64,000 nt of DNA. Source: Paraspadella gotoi (Eukaryota; Animalia; Chaetognatha). Below are positions 29,436 through 42,921 of the stretch, one piece after another; the stretch's first letter is position 1, and each line of letters opens with the position of its first letter. The stretch covers positions 9,387,709 to 9,451,708 of the forward strand of contig CM119267.1 of NCBI GenBank assembly GCA_051294375.1. Direction: 5' to 3'. The position numbers were made by a program, and so were the translations under genes. The notes below the pieces were generated by a model. It ran no database searches and had not been told where the DNA came from. It was given only the letters and a program-made list of their open reading frames with translations.

Positions 29436-30870
29436 CTATGCATTTAAATATAGGTTTCAGTTAAAAAATAATGAGGAGGACAGGAGCCTAAAGAGCGTTT
29501 AATTTTGGCGTTCAATGATCATTAATCAATTGGTCATTGCCAGGGGTCATAAAAAAACCAATTTCAGTTTATTGTATATGTAAGTACCTCTTATTTATTT
29601 ATTATTTAATCGAGCCTTATTTTCAAATCGTAACGTATGAAGACCTATAGATCTTTGACATATCCGTCTTTTTTTCTTACTTTCAAGTTCATTTTTATTT
29701 TTAGCCTACCGCGAGAAGTTACGCTCTCTGACCGGAAATACGTCCATCTCTTTGTAAAATTCCGAATTTCAAAATACTTTTTATTCAGTACTGACTTGAA
29801 CGTTGACCAATGCCGACGGCAGAAATGCTGAGTTTCTAATTCTATTCCATTGTTTCTGGTCAGACTTAAAAGCAAAACAAACAAATAAAAAAAAGTCCGT
29901 TGTCGTCTCTCCGAGCAGTTTCACACTTTCTATCTTTTATCTTAAATCTTTTCTCACTTTTTTTCCGGGTTTTTAAAAAAACAAAAAAAAACTCGAGCTT
30001 TCAAAAGAAACTCACTTGTAAATCGCTATCATTTTAACGAAATATGTCTGAAAATAATCTCAGTCGTAATGTTTAAATATTTTTTTTTTACAAAGTTTAT
30101 TTTACAAGTAATCAAATCAAATGATAAAATTTAACAAAAGAATCTGTTGTGGCTTAACTCTCTAACAACGACAAGACTAACAATACGAAAATTAATTGAA
30201 AGAACGGGGTAATATCGTGTTTTTTTTTATTTATTGTTAATATTATGACACTTATTCGTAATATCCTTTTCAAGAAGAAGAAATTTACGCAAAAAAAAAA
30301 CAAAAACAATTTCACCAAGACTGCAAGATTCTTAGTGCACTAAAAATCTGTCTGGGCGCAAAAATGAATCTTGTTTTTCCCCCTTGTTTCCTCAGATTGG
30401 GACAATTCGAAGAAAAAAAAAATTGCTAGGGTCAAAAACAATTAATTGGATCGTCAAAATCTCTTCAAAATGCAACTCGCTACAGGTTGTAATGTATTGT
30501 AATGTATTGTTTAAAGGATTGCTTTTTAATTATTTCATCTTCGTTTGTCAATATTATTCCTGACATTTTTATTTCCTTTTCCTTCCCGTAAATATCTATC
30601 TCCGATAGATGGCAAGAGGTGTCGTTCTTGGAGAGAACCAAGTCCCGTCTTAAGAAGTTTTCAATGACCCAGTCGTCGTCGCTCTCATCGTCGCCATCGT
30701 CGTCTCCGTCGGATGGAATGTCGTCTTGGCAGAGATGGTGTTCCGGTTTCAGAATCGCGCCGAACTTCGGTAAGTCTCAACCGAATCTCTCCAACATTTT
30801 TTTCTCTCTCTCGATTCTGGTCTTTTTGTTTTTTTTTCCCCTTCATTTTTCCGAGACTGGGGTCGCCTTC

Positions 30871-32977
30871 ATGCGTCGCCGAAAAATCGGCGTCGTGGGC
30901 GCCAACCGCGTCGATGCTCTGCTCCACCCAAGGCCGAACGTCGGGCGTCAGATCGCGTGGATTTGTGCCGTTTTGACGGCGACCCTCGCAGATTTTCGCT
31001 GCGAGGCCAAGGTGAGGCGTCGCTTTATTATATTATTTCTACCAAATTAACTTAAAATGTAGCTAGTAGATATCACATTTATAAAATTAACGGTCATGAA
31101 AGACTCCTTATTTAAAAATCGTGAATTCTAGTTTAATGATAAATCAGGCTTTCGTTAAAAATCCCGAAAACTGGGCTCCCCAACGTGTTCGGCCGCCAAG
31201 GGATCGACCGAGTCATGGTTTACTATTTTTCAATTCATTTTAATGTCATATTTTCACCGGGATTTTTAAACTTTGGCGGGAAATCACCGGTTTGATTTAT
31301 TTTGAAAGAAAAAGCGGTTCTTCTTTTTCTTTATTAAAAAAAGAACAACTAAAAACTTTAAAAAGTAAAAACTTGAAAAAGATTCATTGCGAAAAATCTT
31401 TTTTAAAAATATTACAATCGTACATAATGAATATTTAAATAAAGTATCATAAAAAAAAAATTTTATTCACCGCAAGACTACAACTCATGACTTGATTTTT
31501 TTCCTGCTGAGTTAAATTGAACCTTCGAACTTCGTCGACGTTACTGTCATCGTCGTCGTCGTCGTCGATCTTTCGGGAAACAATGATTTTTTTTTCCGAC
31601 GTAACGGACAGCAACGTCAATCGTGAAAAGGGAGCTGTTAGGATTGAAGGGTCCAGACTGCTGTCTGTAAAAGAAAAAAAAATGACAAAAAAAAATACTT
31701 GAGTCAGATAAAACAACTCGCCGATTTTACGGGACCTGTGATCACTCTGATGTCATAACGACAACCCACTGAAAGGCGTGGTTGTTGATTAATTCAAGTT
31801 TCAAGGTTCACAAACCGAGCGAATAATAAGTTTTAGAGGATTCTGACTTGTGCGTGGATTGAACTCAGAATGCTTGCTAAACACAAGTTGTGCTTGTGAC
31901 GATGTTGCGGATGAATTAAAAGTTGACTCTTTCGTCTTTGGTCTCTTTTCTCTTTCAAGTTTCCCTTTAATTTTTTTTAATGGAAAAGATAAAAAAAGAC
32001 TTTTTCAAACGTTTATTTGTTGTCTTCGCTCAGAATGTGTGAGAAGCGCAGGTGAATGGCTGCGATTGCCAACTTTATTGTATCCTCACTAAATCGTGTT
32101 TTTTTTTTCCTTCAGCTCAAAGACCAAAATTTGTCGTCTTTCCATCGTCGCCCCGAATTCCATTACAATTCCGGCGTCGAATTCTCGGCGCCGCCTTTCA
32201 AAACCGACGCCAGCGCCGAAACCCAATCTCCGGCGCCGCCCGTTTTGTCCCGGCGTCGTCGTCAATTCGGCGCCTGGAATTACGGATACGGGTTTCCGAT
32301 TCTGTGGCACGACTTTGAGGAGCATCACCATCACAGTCACGTTCACGATTTGCATTTGCATCACAGAAAGGTGGGGGATGTTGTTGCAGACTGCCGCGCC
32401 TTTATGATCTCTACTTTAGAAGATTTGAGCGTTTACTGTAATTCATGCAAGTCATTCATGAAGTTGTTAGTGCTTTAAAGGAAACGATCTTTTTCATCAA
32501 TTTATGCTACAAAATTCTCCTGAAAAAGTCTTTCAACTTTACGTTTACCTTATCTGATAATCTCAACAGAATAATTGTATTCACCAGATAATGTACAACT
32601 AATTAATCGATGAATTAAGTTATTAATAATTCTTTTATATTTAGGTCCACAAAACTCATCATCGTCATCATTATCATAAGGAGGAAACTTACTCCAGAGA
32701 GGAGGACGTTACTGATCACAAAAAAAAGGACCTTAATTCCTACGAGCATTTCTTTCATTTTCATCGTCACAAGAGCGAACCTTATCACAAGAGTTACCCC
32801 TATCATAAGGTTCACAAAAGTCACAAAAGTCACAAAAGTGAAAAGTCCACAAAGAAGAACAAGTCCAAAATCCTAAAAAAAGGTTCAGAAAATTGTTATT
32901 TTTTATTCTTTTTGTTTAATTTTGAAAGAAAATCTACTTGTTTTTCAGATTTGGAATACTACAAGAAAATGTTGTGA
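30871..32977 (+). CDS. orphan secreted His/Lys-rich prepro-protein (~220 aa)
   Basis: Phase-consistent GT-AG exons 30871-31011, 32116-32370, 32645-32882, 32949-32977. Hydrophobic IAWICAVLTATLA...CEA segment, pro-region, then RRRR (32251-32262) followed by QFGAWNYGYGFPILWHDFEEHHHHSHVH...HKSHKSHKS...YYKKML*. Confidence 0.75.
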
Positions 32978-34187
32978 AACCGAGCCAGACTGAGGCTGAA
33001 GGAAGTCGACCAATGGAAGCTCACTATTTGTTAGACGGTAAAAATGAGAAGTGAGAAAATCAAATTTTCAAACGAAAATAGAGCTATGGACGTAGGTCGG
33101 CGAAATTACCATCAGTGGCTCAGTCGCCCTCTATCGAGTCATTGGGAGAAACAAAAGGGTCCATCAGGACGACTTCGTTGTCGTTCTCGATGATGCGCCG
33201 CGTTTAAAGCCGAAAAACGGAAGACGTGAAGCGCTGATTTGGGTCCAGTTCTAGATCTCTTTGACCTCGACACTGTTATGATAACGACACATTTATCACT
33301 ATTTTGATTACTATTAAAACGTTCCTGACAAAGTGCGTTTTTGACGATAAAATTAAAAAGGCCGTAATGTAATTTAGTACAGTCTATAGTTAGATTGGAA
33401 GCTAAAGAAAGGATCTTGTTTTGATGGGAGATAATTCATCAACAGAGAGTCAGTCCGAATTATGAAAGTCGAGTGCCAAAACCAAAATGTCGACAATTTC
33501 GTTTTCGACGCCAATTCATCATCGCATTCACCAATTTCTTATCACTTAAATTATTATTTAAAAAAGTTTTAGCTAGTTACAAAACTTGTTAAAATTATAT
33601 ACTGTTATAAACTTGATGATGATAATGTTATGAGAGTGCTATGATATGATAGTAACATTTAATAGTATATTGTACTAGGGTTATCTTTAATTTTTAAAAA
33701 AAAGTTGTCTTCAGGGTATTTTTTTCCTTAGATTTGAATTAATGATACATCACCGATGGGCTCATTGGCAGAGGCATAGCCAAATATGTGAGAAACTCAC
33801 TCATCTCGGAACTCCGTAATATCCAAGTCAAAATCCTCGCCATGGGCTGAAATTTAAAATAAAAAAAGAAAACCTAAAAAAAAAAGAAAGAAAAATGGAG
33901 AGGATTTTTTGGGCTCTTCTCTCATCTACCCCTCATCTCATCGCTGAGAGATAAACTGAAATGATAAGTCGAATCAAGTAGCAGACCCATCTTCTATTTT
34001 TTCGTTTCCTTCTTTTTTCATTTTTTGCGACAAGAGCTTGAATGTGCAGAATTTAAATGCAGATCTGGCGATGTTTAAATGTTTGCCGAAAATTCATGAT
34101 GTTTAAAGAATAGTAATATCGGAGCGAAAGGGGAAATTTTTTTCAACCGTCGCTGGTCGCTGTTCTTGACGTCAAATTGTTTTCAAA

Positions 34188-34204
34188 GATTGATTGATTG
34201 ATTA

Positions 34205-34242
<38 letters not shown>
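34188..34242. repeat. (GATT)n microsatellite
   Basis: Direct inspection. Confidence 0.9.
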
Positions 34243-34247
<5 letters not shown>

Positions 34248-36259
34248 ATGGACGTGACGATTGGAATACGAGACTTTTACCACTATTTTGGTACAGATTC
34301 TCAGTAAACCCCTAAACAACTTTACTATGTCCCTAATGATTAAATGACAAATACTAGTTTTCTTTCTTACATCGTCATTTTCGTCTTTTGCCGATTTGGC
34401 CGGATTCTCACCGGCGCTCTCGATCTGCCGATCTCCTTTCCGGCGCCGCTCTGTCAAACCTCGGTCAACCAATAGTACCGTTCCGGAAATCTTGTCACCG
34501 GCACGGCAATTTTTTTCTTGTATCCACCGGAGTAACCGTGGATAATTTGTCATGATCGGTTAACTGATTCTTTTTGGAATGAGAACCAGACAAAAGCAAT
34601 GCCAAATACTGTTCAGTGAACACTGTTCAGTCAGAAACCTATATCATTTTCTGCGCAGGAATCAGGCGAAGGCTTAATATTTAATAGATACGAAGGGTCT
34701 TCATGAACGAATAAAAAAAAAAAAGATAGAGCTGCGTTAACTTATATTTTATAGACACGGAAGGAATGAGAACTTAATGCGCGAGATCGTATCTAGTTTA
34801 ATTTTGAGAATGACCTTGGCGAATCACGAGCCTTCCTTCCCACCTTGAAACGGTCCTTCCCCATATATATAAAAAAACGGTCCTTCCTTTCCTCCCTCTT
34901 CTTTTTTTCTCTTCTTTCTTTTCTCTCTTTTCCTTTTTCTCTCGTTTTTTCTTTCTTTCCGCAGACGCCGTTCCTCGTTTTGATTATAAATCTTCTTAAC
35001 AACGAATTAGTTCGATCCAGGTCTGTAACCCTCTTACCGTTTCTCAACGCGCCATTAGATTTCGCTATCTTAAAAAAAAAATTTTGGAACAAACCGTCTG
35101 AATCAATCCGACCTCATATTTTTCAAGGTCAAACCATTGGTCTTCCTTTTCAATACTTTTCTTTACATTTTTTAGCTGTTATATGTTGGTGAGTCTATTA
35201 ATCAATGCTATAGTCGTCTTATCTCAACTGGGCGAATATCTATCAATCTATCTTCACTCCCTCCGAACATCACCTGTCTGAAAAACTCCAGCATAATGAT
35301 TCCGTTTTCGTGACTTTAGAAACAGAATTACCCGGCTGTAGTAAAAATTACATTGAAATATCGTCTCTCACGCTACTTTATGTTTCTGAATCTGAGGGTT
35401 TTTTTTTTTCAAGACTTCGACTTTACTGAAAAGTTTTAACAATATTTTCTCGGCTAAAGGGACACTCCTAAAAAAAAGTATTTTTTTAATTTCAATTATC
35501 TCATGTCTACGATTAATTTTTCTTAAGAAAACAACTTGTAATAAAGCACTAAAACAAGTTTCTCTACAGTTAAAATTACTAACTTCCAACCTCGCAAAGC
35601 CTACCAATTTTTTCCCCTTATCACTTACCCACAACATTCTTCCCCCCCTCCACTTTCTCCACCCCCCTTCCCCCCCCCCAATCCCGCCTTCAGCCAACCC
35701 CACTCTTCGTGCGGAGAATCAGTCGAACGCTCTCGATGGTGCAGACGCTTTTTTTTTTTATTTAATGCCGTCGAGGCAGTTGAGTCGAGAGAGAGAAGAG
35801 CCTCGACTTTCCCTTCTTACCTTTCGCTCCCTTCAGCCCCTGCCCCACCCCTGCCCCAAAGCCCATCCACCTCACCCACCGACCCAGACAATTCGTTCCC
35901 TCCCTTCCTTCTCAGCTTTCGCTCTCCTCGTCAGGTAAAATTCGCGTTCGTTTGTATAATTTATAAATTTATAAATACGAACTTAATTCAAGGTTTGAAA
36001 AAGTTTTTTTTTTTTTTTTTAAATCAAAATAGGATATCTCTCTCTTTTTTTTCCCCATCCGCCCCCCCCCCCAGAAAAAAAAAGTCACGCTCATCCGGGT
36101 TCGGTTATCCAATACCTACGGCTTAAATATAGTTTGGCTTTGGCTGTTTGGCTTGGCTACCGGCTTGATAACATCAATTATTCGTTACCGGTTAATTGAG
36201 TTGATAATCGGAATTCTGCCTTTTTTTTATTTTTCTCGTTCACTTCAGATTTTTTTTTT

Positions 36260-36267
36260 CTCTCTCT

Positions 36268-36343
<76 letters not shown>
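36260..36343. repeat. (CT)n microsatellite
   Basis: Direct inspection. Confidence 0.9.
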
Positions 36344-36347
<4 letters not shown>

Positions 36348-36718
36348 GTCTCTACCTAACAATCTTTCTCTTCTGTCCCTTTGATTCACTGTTGATGGGC
36401 GAAAAACAATAAATTTCTGTATACAAACATGAAAAAGTAGTAGTTTATGTGCTCCTTTCTGACTATTAAATGAGTTATAAAATTTGGCTCGGGCTGAAGC
36501 AGATAAAAAAAGAACGAATAAAAAACAAAAACAAAACTAATTACGAAAACACATGTCAAAGAAAACGATTGAAAAGTTCAAGCTGAGGCGTAATAAAGGT
36601 GTAATGACAAAATTACTTTTCCAAAACGACGGAGAAGAAAATAAACGAAGAATATATATATATATAAATATATAAATAATAAATAAGAATAAATAAATAA
36701 ACAATAAAAAATAAAAAA

Positions 36719-36750
<32 letters not shown>

Positions 36751-37601
36751 AATATAATTAATTAGTAAATAAATAAGAAACAACTATTTCTTAAGTAAAC
36801 ATAGATCAGGAATGAAGAAAAAGCTCGAAATTTTTAAAGTACGTCACTCTTAAAATATTCATAGAATCAGTTCACCTCGAAAACGAGGAAAAGACGAGCG
36901 ATTGGTGAAAGTCACGGATATAAAATATCGACTTTCAGCAACACGCCTTTTCGAAGGAAACTCTTGAGAATTTTTTTAATCTCTATCACATGAAAACAAA
37001 AGATTTAGAAATGATTTTTTTTCATTAAAAATCAACCCAATGATTATTAGTATAACAAAACAAATAGTTTTATTAATTATTTATTGTTATTTGTTAATTG
37101 CAATATAAAAAGAAGATATAATAACTGCTAATAACTGATAACTGATAATAAGCGATTAATAATCAGCAACCCTCCGGGACTTCACTAGCATTCAAAATTG
37201 ATACATCAGCAACAAAGAAAATTATTTTTTTTAAAAAGTAGTATAAATTCGTGCAAAATATTACACGTGTACTGAGCGAAATTGAGCACAACAAACATTT
37301 TTTTTTAAAGTCTAGAGCGAAATACGAAACCGAAACCATCAGAGCAATGAGGAAAGCATTTCACTGCGCTCGCAACATGATCCCCCCTTTTCGAATGTCA
37401 CGTTCGAGTGGAGAACCGATCCACTTGGCGCGCCCACGACGACGTCTCGATCGAAAACGCGGCGTCGTCAAGTCGTGATCGGAGGTCTCGGGTTGGGTTC
37501 AGATCGTGAGTCAAAGTAATACCGATAATCGTAGCGACGGACAAGCAAGAGTTAACTTTGAAATGTAATAGTGAATCGCTTAAAACGAAGAATGTTGTCG
37601 A

Positions 37602-39403
37602 CTAACGCGCGAGACTTGATGGGGTTCCGAAACCCTTTTCAAGGCGTTGGCGGAGGAAAATAACGCTGTTCATATGGAAAATGGCGAGTGAGTCGCAATC
37701 GATGGAGAAGACATCCATCGGTGCCGTGATGTAAACGATGGGTTGTTCCTGGGACGCCGGAAAAGATGGAACGGATTTTTCCACTGCGACAAAAGATTCG
37801 TAATCCGTAGCAGCGTCCCGATTGGTGTGCGGATCGGTTGCTGAAAAAGACGCTTCGCCTTTTTCAAATTCTCTCAAAGTTTTAAAAGAGGTAGTTTTGG
37901 TTCTTTCGTCTTCCCCCGCTAGAGGGGAGCGAGGCGGGACGGGAAGACGCGAAAGGCCGATGCCGCCGTGGTCGAATCTCTGAAAGCTGACGTTTGTTTT
38001 GAACCACTTAACGCGACCCGGACTCGTGTACGTTAGACATGACAAATACGAGGCCACGGGGTATCTGGAATGAAGGTCGAATGAAGGCGCGGGGAGGTTT
38101 TAAGGGATAAAACTTTTGATATGAAGGATACGAACCGAAATGGCGTCACGAATATAGTTTCCTGATGAGACGCGAGTCGCGATTCATCGTCAATATTCAA
38201 TCGTGTGACGAATCTACGCTTCGTTGAATTCGGATAGAGAACAACTGAAAGGATAGAGTAAAGGCGAAAAACAGTTTTAGAAAAGGTATCTTCGTCCCTT
38301 CCCTTTCCTTTCTATTTTGTTCCTTTTTCAAGCAACCTTCGTTTCTGGTCAAGGAATTGACAAAATATTCAGCAAAATATTTCTATTCTTGAAAGTTAGG
38401 TTCAAATCGAACAGGTTTTTCCAAAGGAATGGACAATTCTTTAAAAAAAACATTTACAAGAGTATAGAATTGTAAAAGTTAAAATGATTTACTGACATTT
38501 AAAATGAAATACGGTAATACGTAAATACGACGTAATAAACAATATGTACACTGAACAGAGCATAAATCTAAACTAAACATTAGTGGCTCTTTAGACGTTG
38601 CCCATCGTCGTCGTCGCCATCCTCTCCACGAGTTCATCGAGATCCTTCACTTGTCCGACGTTGAGATGCGACGCCCCTTCCGCCTCCAGCGCCTCCTTTA
38701 GTCTTTCGCGTCCCCGAAGCAGCGAATCCACGTCGAAGCCGGCGGCGGGCGCTATCCCGCGCAGACGAACCTGCGGTGCCGAGTAGCGACGACAAAAGTC
38801 ATAATATAATATAATATAATATAATATAATATAATATCTTTGAATTATAGTTTTATTCGTGATTGTTTTTCTAATACTTTCACTTCAAGACAAAAACAAC
38901 AACAACAACAACGCCACGAACCCAAAAAATCTCTTCATAAGCCTCAATTCTTAATTGCCTTTATCAGCAGCCTCTAGAGCAACATCAACTTTCCCGCTGC
39001 AAAACCTTCAACTCGTTCTCCTTCCTCATGGCCGAGAAGATGGATAGCACGCGGCCGACGGCGCGGACCTTCTCAAGCATTCCGTCTCGCTTGCTGGGCC
39101 GGGTTCCTGTTGGCGAAACCGGAATTGGTAGGAACCGGGAGTCATTTTCCTCGTCCTCGCGATATTCCGGCAAAATGGCGTCCAGCATCTCCGTGACCTT
39201 CTCGCTGACGAAGGGGAGGGACCAAGTGAAGACGTCCAGAAAGTCCGGAAGCCAATAGGGATGCGGCGAGGCGGTGAAACGACGGATGTTCATAGTCTCT
39301 CGATCGTATTCAAAATGGCCGCCTTTTCAGGCATAGATCATAGAAAGAGCGAGAGAGATGGGAAGGCAGGAAGGGAGAGAAGAGAAAGAGAAAGAGAGAA
39401 GAG

Positions 39404-39474
<71 letters not shown>

Positions 39475-41198
39475 GTGAAAAATAATTACAATGTAATCGT
39501 AATATAACACTAACCGATGCGCCTTCGCTTATTGTTCTCAGGACTCAATTCTCGCCTTGTTATTGTAAGAGTCGAGATAATTCGGCGCCGAGAAGATCGT
39601 GACGAGCGCCGGAAATCCGGATTCGGACGGTCGATACATCCGGTATCCCTGTTCCTGCGCCTCGTGAGCGCGAATGATTGACAGGAGGTTGTTTTCCCGT
39701 AGGAATTTGCAGCAGGCGTCGTAGCTAAAGAAGTAAGAGCATCCGCGGGTCGAGTTGTGGAAGAAAGGCTCCTTCGGGTCTGGGGAATCGCCTTCTCGCC
39801 CAAAGTCCGGTCGCGGATCCGCCCATAGCAGGTCGCACATGACGCCTCGCGATGGAGGCTCTCGGAACCGCGGTACGGCGGCGATGTCGGATAGGAACGG
39901 TGCGTCTGGAGAGAGTCCCGCATGCAAGCAGAGGTACTGATCATTGAGCAGCGCGGCCAGAGGCAAGCAATCGAAGGATTCCATGCAAGCGTCGTAAAAA
40001 TCCTCCGAGTATTTAACGAGGCATTCCGTCTTGAACGTAAAATATTCGCTGAGGTGGCGGGATTCGTGGTTTCCGCGTATGAGAAACACCTCGCGAGGAT
40101 ACGCGATCTTCAGCGTCCACAGATAGAGGACGCACTCGACGCCGAAGCTCCCTCGGTCCACGTAATCGCCGAGAAAGAGGTACCTCCCATCTCCCGGAGG
40201 TCCGCCCACCTCGAAGAGCCTCATCAGGTCGAAGAACTGCCCGTGGATGTCCCCGCAGACCGTGGCCGGAGACCATAGGCGAAGCAACGTTTCTTCGCGG
40301 CGAAGAATCTCGGCGCCCTCGTTCACGATTCGCAGCGCCACCGATTCATCGACGCGACCCTCCCGCCGGAGGTGTTCCTTGAGCCTCTCGACGTCCGGCG
40401 TTGACGAGGACGCGGGGAAAACGTCGTCCATGGAGAGTCGGTGAGTGGCCGGCGGCGGAACCGAGGACACGACGCGTTCGGTCGTCGATAGTCGTTCGGA
40501 AATCGAGGGGGGAATTGGGGACGAAGGCTCTGATGACGGCTCGTCGCTCATCGTTGATTAGTTTGTTTTGTTTTTTTACGAAACAATCAATTGTGAAATT
40601 TATTTATTACTTTTAAAAAGAAGTTAAGGGCGAAGGATGAGAAATAAAAAAAAAACGATTTATTATTTGTTTGTAAAACCAGGACGTTAACCTCGTCGTC
40701 GCGTGCGTCATTACGATATTATTTTTTTTCAACGCCTTCGATGATTTTGAAATCAAAAGATTAAAAAAAAACTAAAACCAAAAATGAAGGTCCGATTCGC
40801 GATCCGATCAAAAAACACATCTTCAGACACGATCTACCTTGGACACGATCCGAGAACACGAAATAAAACTTTATAGTGTCTACGTAGCTACAATTCAAAA
40901 TTGTAAGCGAAGATCCCTTTATGGGGTAAATTAGGAATGGGTCGATTCGAGGTCACTTACCCGAAGTCGAAAACTCGATTCCGCATCGGAAGGGTTGTTG
41001 GTATTGGACGCGGAACCGGCGCCGGTCGTGGACGCGGACGATCACGCCCTCGGTTACGACTAGCCTCGGCGGCGTCGGCGTCATCGTCACCTCTTCGCTG
41101 TAGACGCGCGGCACGATCGTCACCACCATGACGGAGCCAGCGGGATCTAAAGTGAGGGGGGTGTGGAACAGTGAAACGCTAGCTTCGACGAACAATAT
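37602..41198 (-). CDS. orphan gene, 3' exons (a possible further exon ends at 45628); hosts the calcineurin A gene in an intron
   Basis: Exons 40961-41198, 38136-38244 and 37602-38064 join with matching phases (0/1/2) into one open frame: [12 protein letters not shown]...[20 protein letters not shown]...[13 protein letters not shown]...SSLAR*. No family recognised. Confidence 0.45.
38591..40551 (-). CDS. PPP3C: calcineurin A (PP2B catalytic subunit)-like, divergent
   Basis: Exons 39556-40551 (GC donor), 39006-39322 (needs +1 nt near 39308), 38591-38770. PPP motifs GDIHG, GDYVDRG, RGNHE and SAPNY; calcineurin-specific [29 protein letters not shown]; CaM-binding-like [16 protein letters not shown]. 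Confidence 0.9.
39365..39474. repeat. GA-rich microsatellite in calcineurin intron 1
   Basis: Direct inspection. Confidence 0.9.
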
Positions 41199-42828
41199 CT
41201 GGCAGATTAAAGTTATATTCGGCTTTTATGATTTATCCTTAATTTGCGATTATTTTTCGTAGTGGCAACAGATGTTCGAAGATGAATAACGGGGGAGTCG
41301 AGCGGCGGGAGCCCCGCCCTCCGTCGAGGCGCCCATGCGCCGTCGGAATCTCGTAATGATTCTGAGGATTGAAAGATCAAATTTCTTCCGGCAATTACGA
41401 ACCGTTTATCTTTCCGCTTTCAAAACGGCGGCCGAAGCCGAACCCGACCCCTCGAGCATCCCGTCGAATCGAAACCCTCCGACCCGAAATGCATATTCTC
41501 TAGCTCGCCCCCCCCTTTCGTTCATAAAGGTTTTCTAAAGATTCCTATCAGCCACCTGCTAAGCTAAAGTCCAGGACCCGACGACACTCTCTAACGAGAG
41601 AGAGAGAGAAAGACAGAAGTTCTTTCGCGGGGATGGAGGCTCTCCAATACTCCCACCCCTCCACCCCTACGCCCCCCGATCTAAAAGTCAGCTTCCCCAT
41701 CTCCTCACGCTCCAGTTTTCTTTCGCCAAAGGGGTTTCGTGGCCCTCGCCTCTAATGAACCAGGAAAAAAACAGCAAGATCCCCCCAAAAAATAAAGCAA
41801 GAGGTTCAAAGGAGTGCTTTTTCTCCCCTCTCATTTTACCTCGGACTTCTTTCCACTCGATGCTCACGGCGAATGTTTATCCGTGAACAATCTTTAAATA
41901 AAATTCGAAACGAGGCCGGAGATATTAAGAGAAATATATAGAGAGAGAGTTTTCGTGCGCAATAGAGATCGAAGAGGATATAGACTATGGTTTTTTTTTT
42001 AAAGAATCTTTTGGTTTAGCTTTTTCTTTTTCCGTTTTTTTAAAAATAGATCATCCGTTCTAAATCTTGGTAAGAAGTCGAGAAGGCGTAAGAGGGCGTT
42101 AGATGGACGACGTAGATTTCCTGCCCGCCGCCGATGAAGATATATATTTTTCTCCTTCGAAGAGAAACGAGTTGTTTTTACTCTTTAATTTTATTGTTAC
42201 GAGATTTTCTTCGAATTTTATTCAGTTTTATTATACCTTTTCCTTCCCAAAACTGGAAAAACAAAGATTTAACTCACGCCCGGGACGAGAAGGAAAACGG
42301 CCTTTTGATCTATTAGTCTAGGATTAAGATTTTTCGGTCTGTAGAAGAAAGTCAAAACGTTAAGAGAAACGATAAGATAAGCGGCGCCTTTAAGTTTTAA
42401 ATGTCTTTTGTAAGTCGAGAGTGAACGTTTTTAAAGACAAATATCTGTGATGTTTTTTCCCTCACCCTTGGCAGATCGCCGTCGACCCAGCGTTATCTTT
42501 TATATTTTATTCTCTGCCTTTGTTGTCTTCTAAATTCCTTATAGAAAAGCCTTATTATCTTAAAATTTTTATTTGTCTTAAATTCTCTTGGTTTGTTTTT
42601 CTTAGTACTTTTAGTACATTCACGGAGTAAAAGAAATGAGAAATGAAAGAAAGTAAGAAATACAGAAATAAAGAAAAAGAAAGAAAGATAGAAAGATAGA
42701 AACAAATATCATTTTCTTCCTTACAATCCTTGATTCTGATTGGGTCCGGAGTGTGACCGTGTGTGACATGTGGCACAAAGCTTCTTTCCTTTATGACCGG
42801 TCACAAAGGTCTTCTTTTAAATGAGAAC

Positions 42829-42919
<91 letters not shown>

Positions 42920-42921
42920 AA
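42829..42921. repeat. (GAAA)n microsatellite
   Basis: Direct inspection. Confidence 0.95.

Noticed and set aside
29400-29436. Hammerhead ribozyme (CTGATGA core)
   Set aside because: No GAAA core segment follows the hairpin in either LTR copy.
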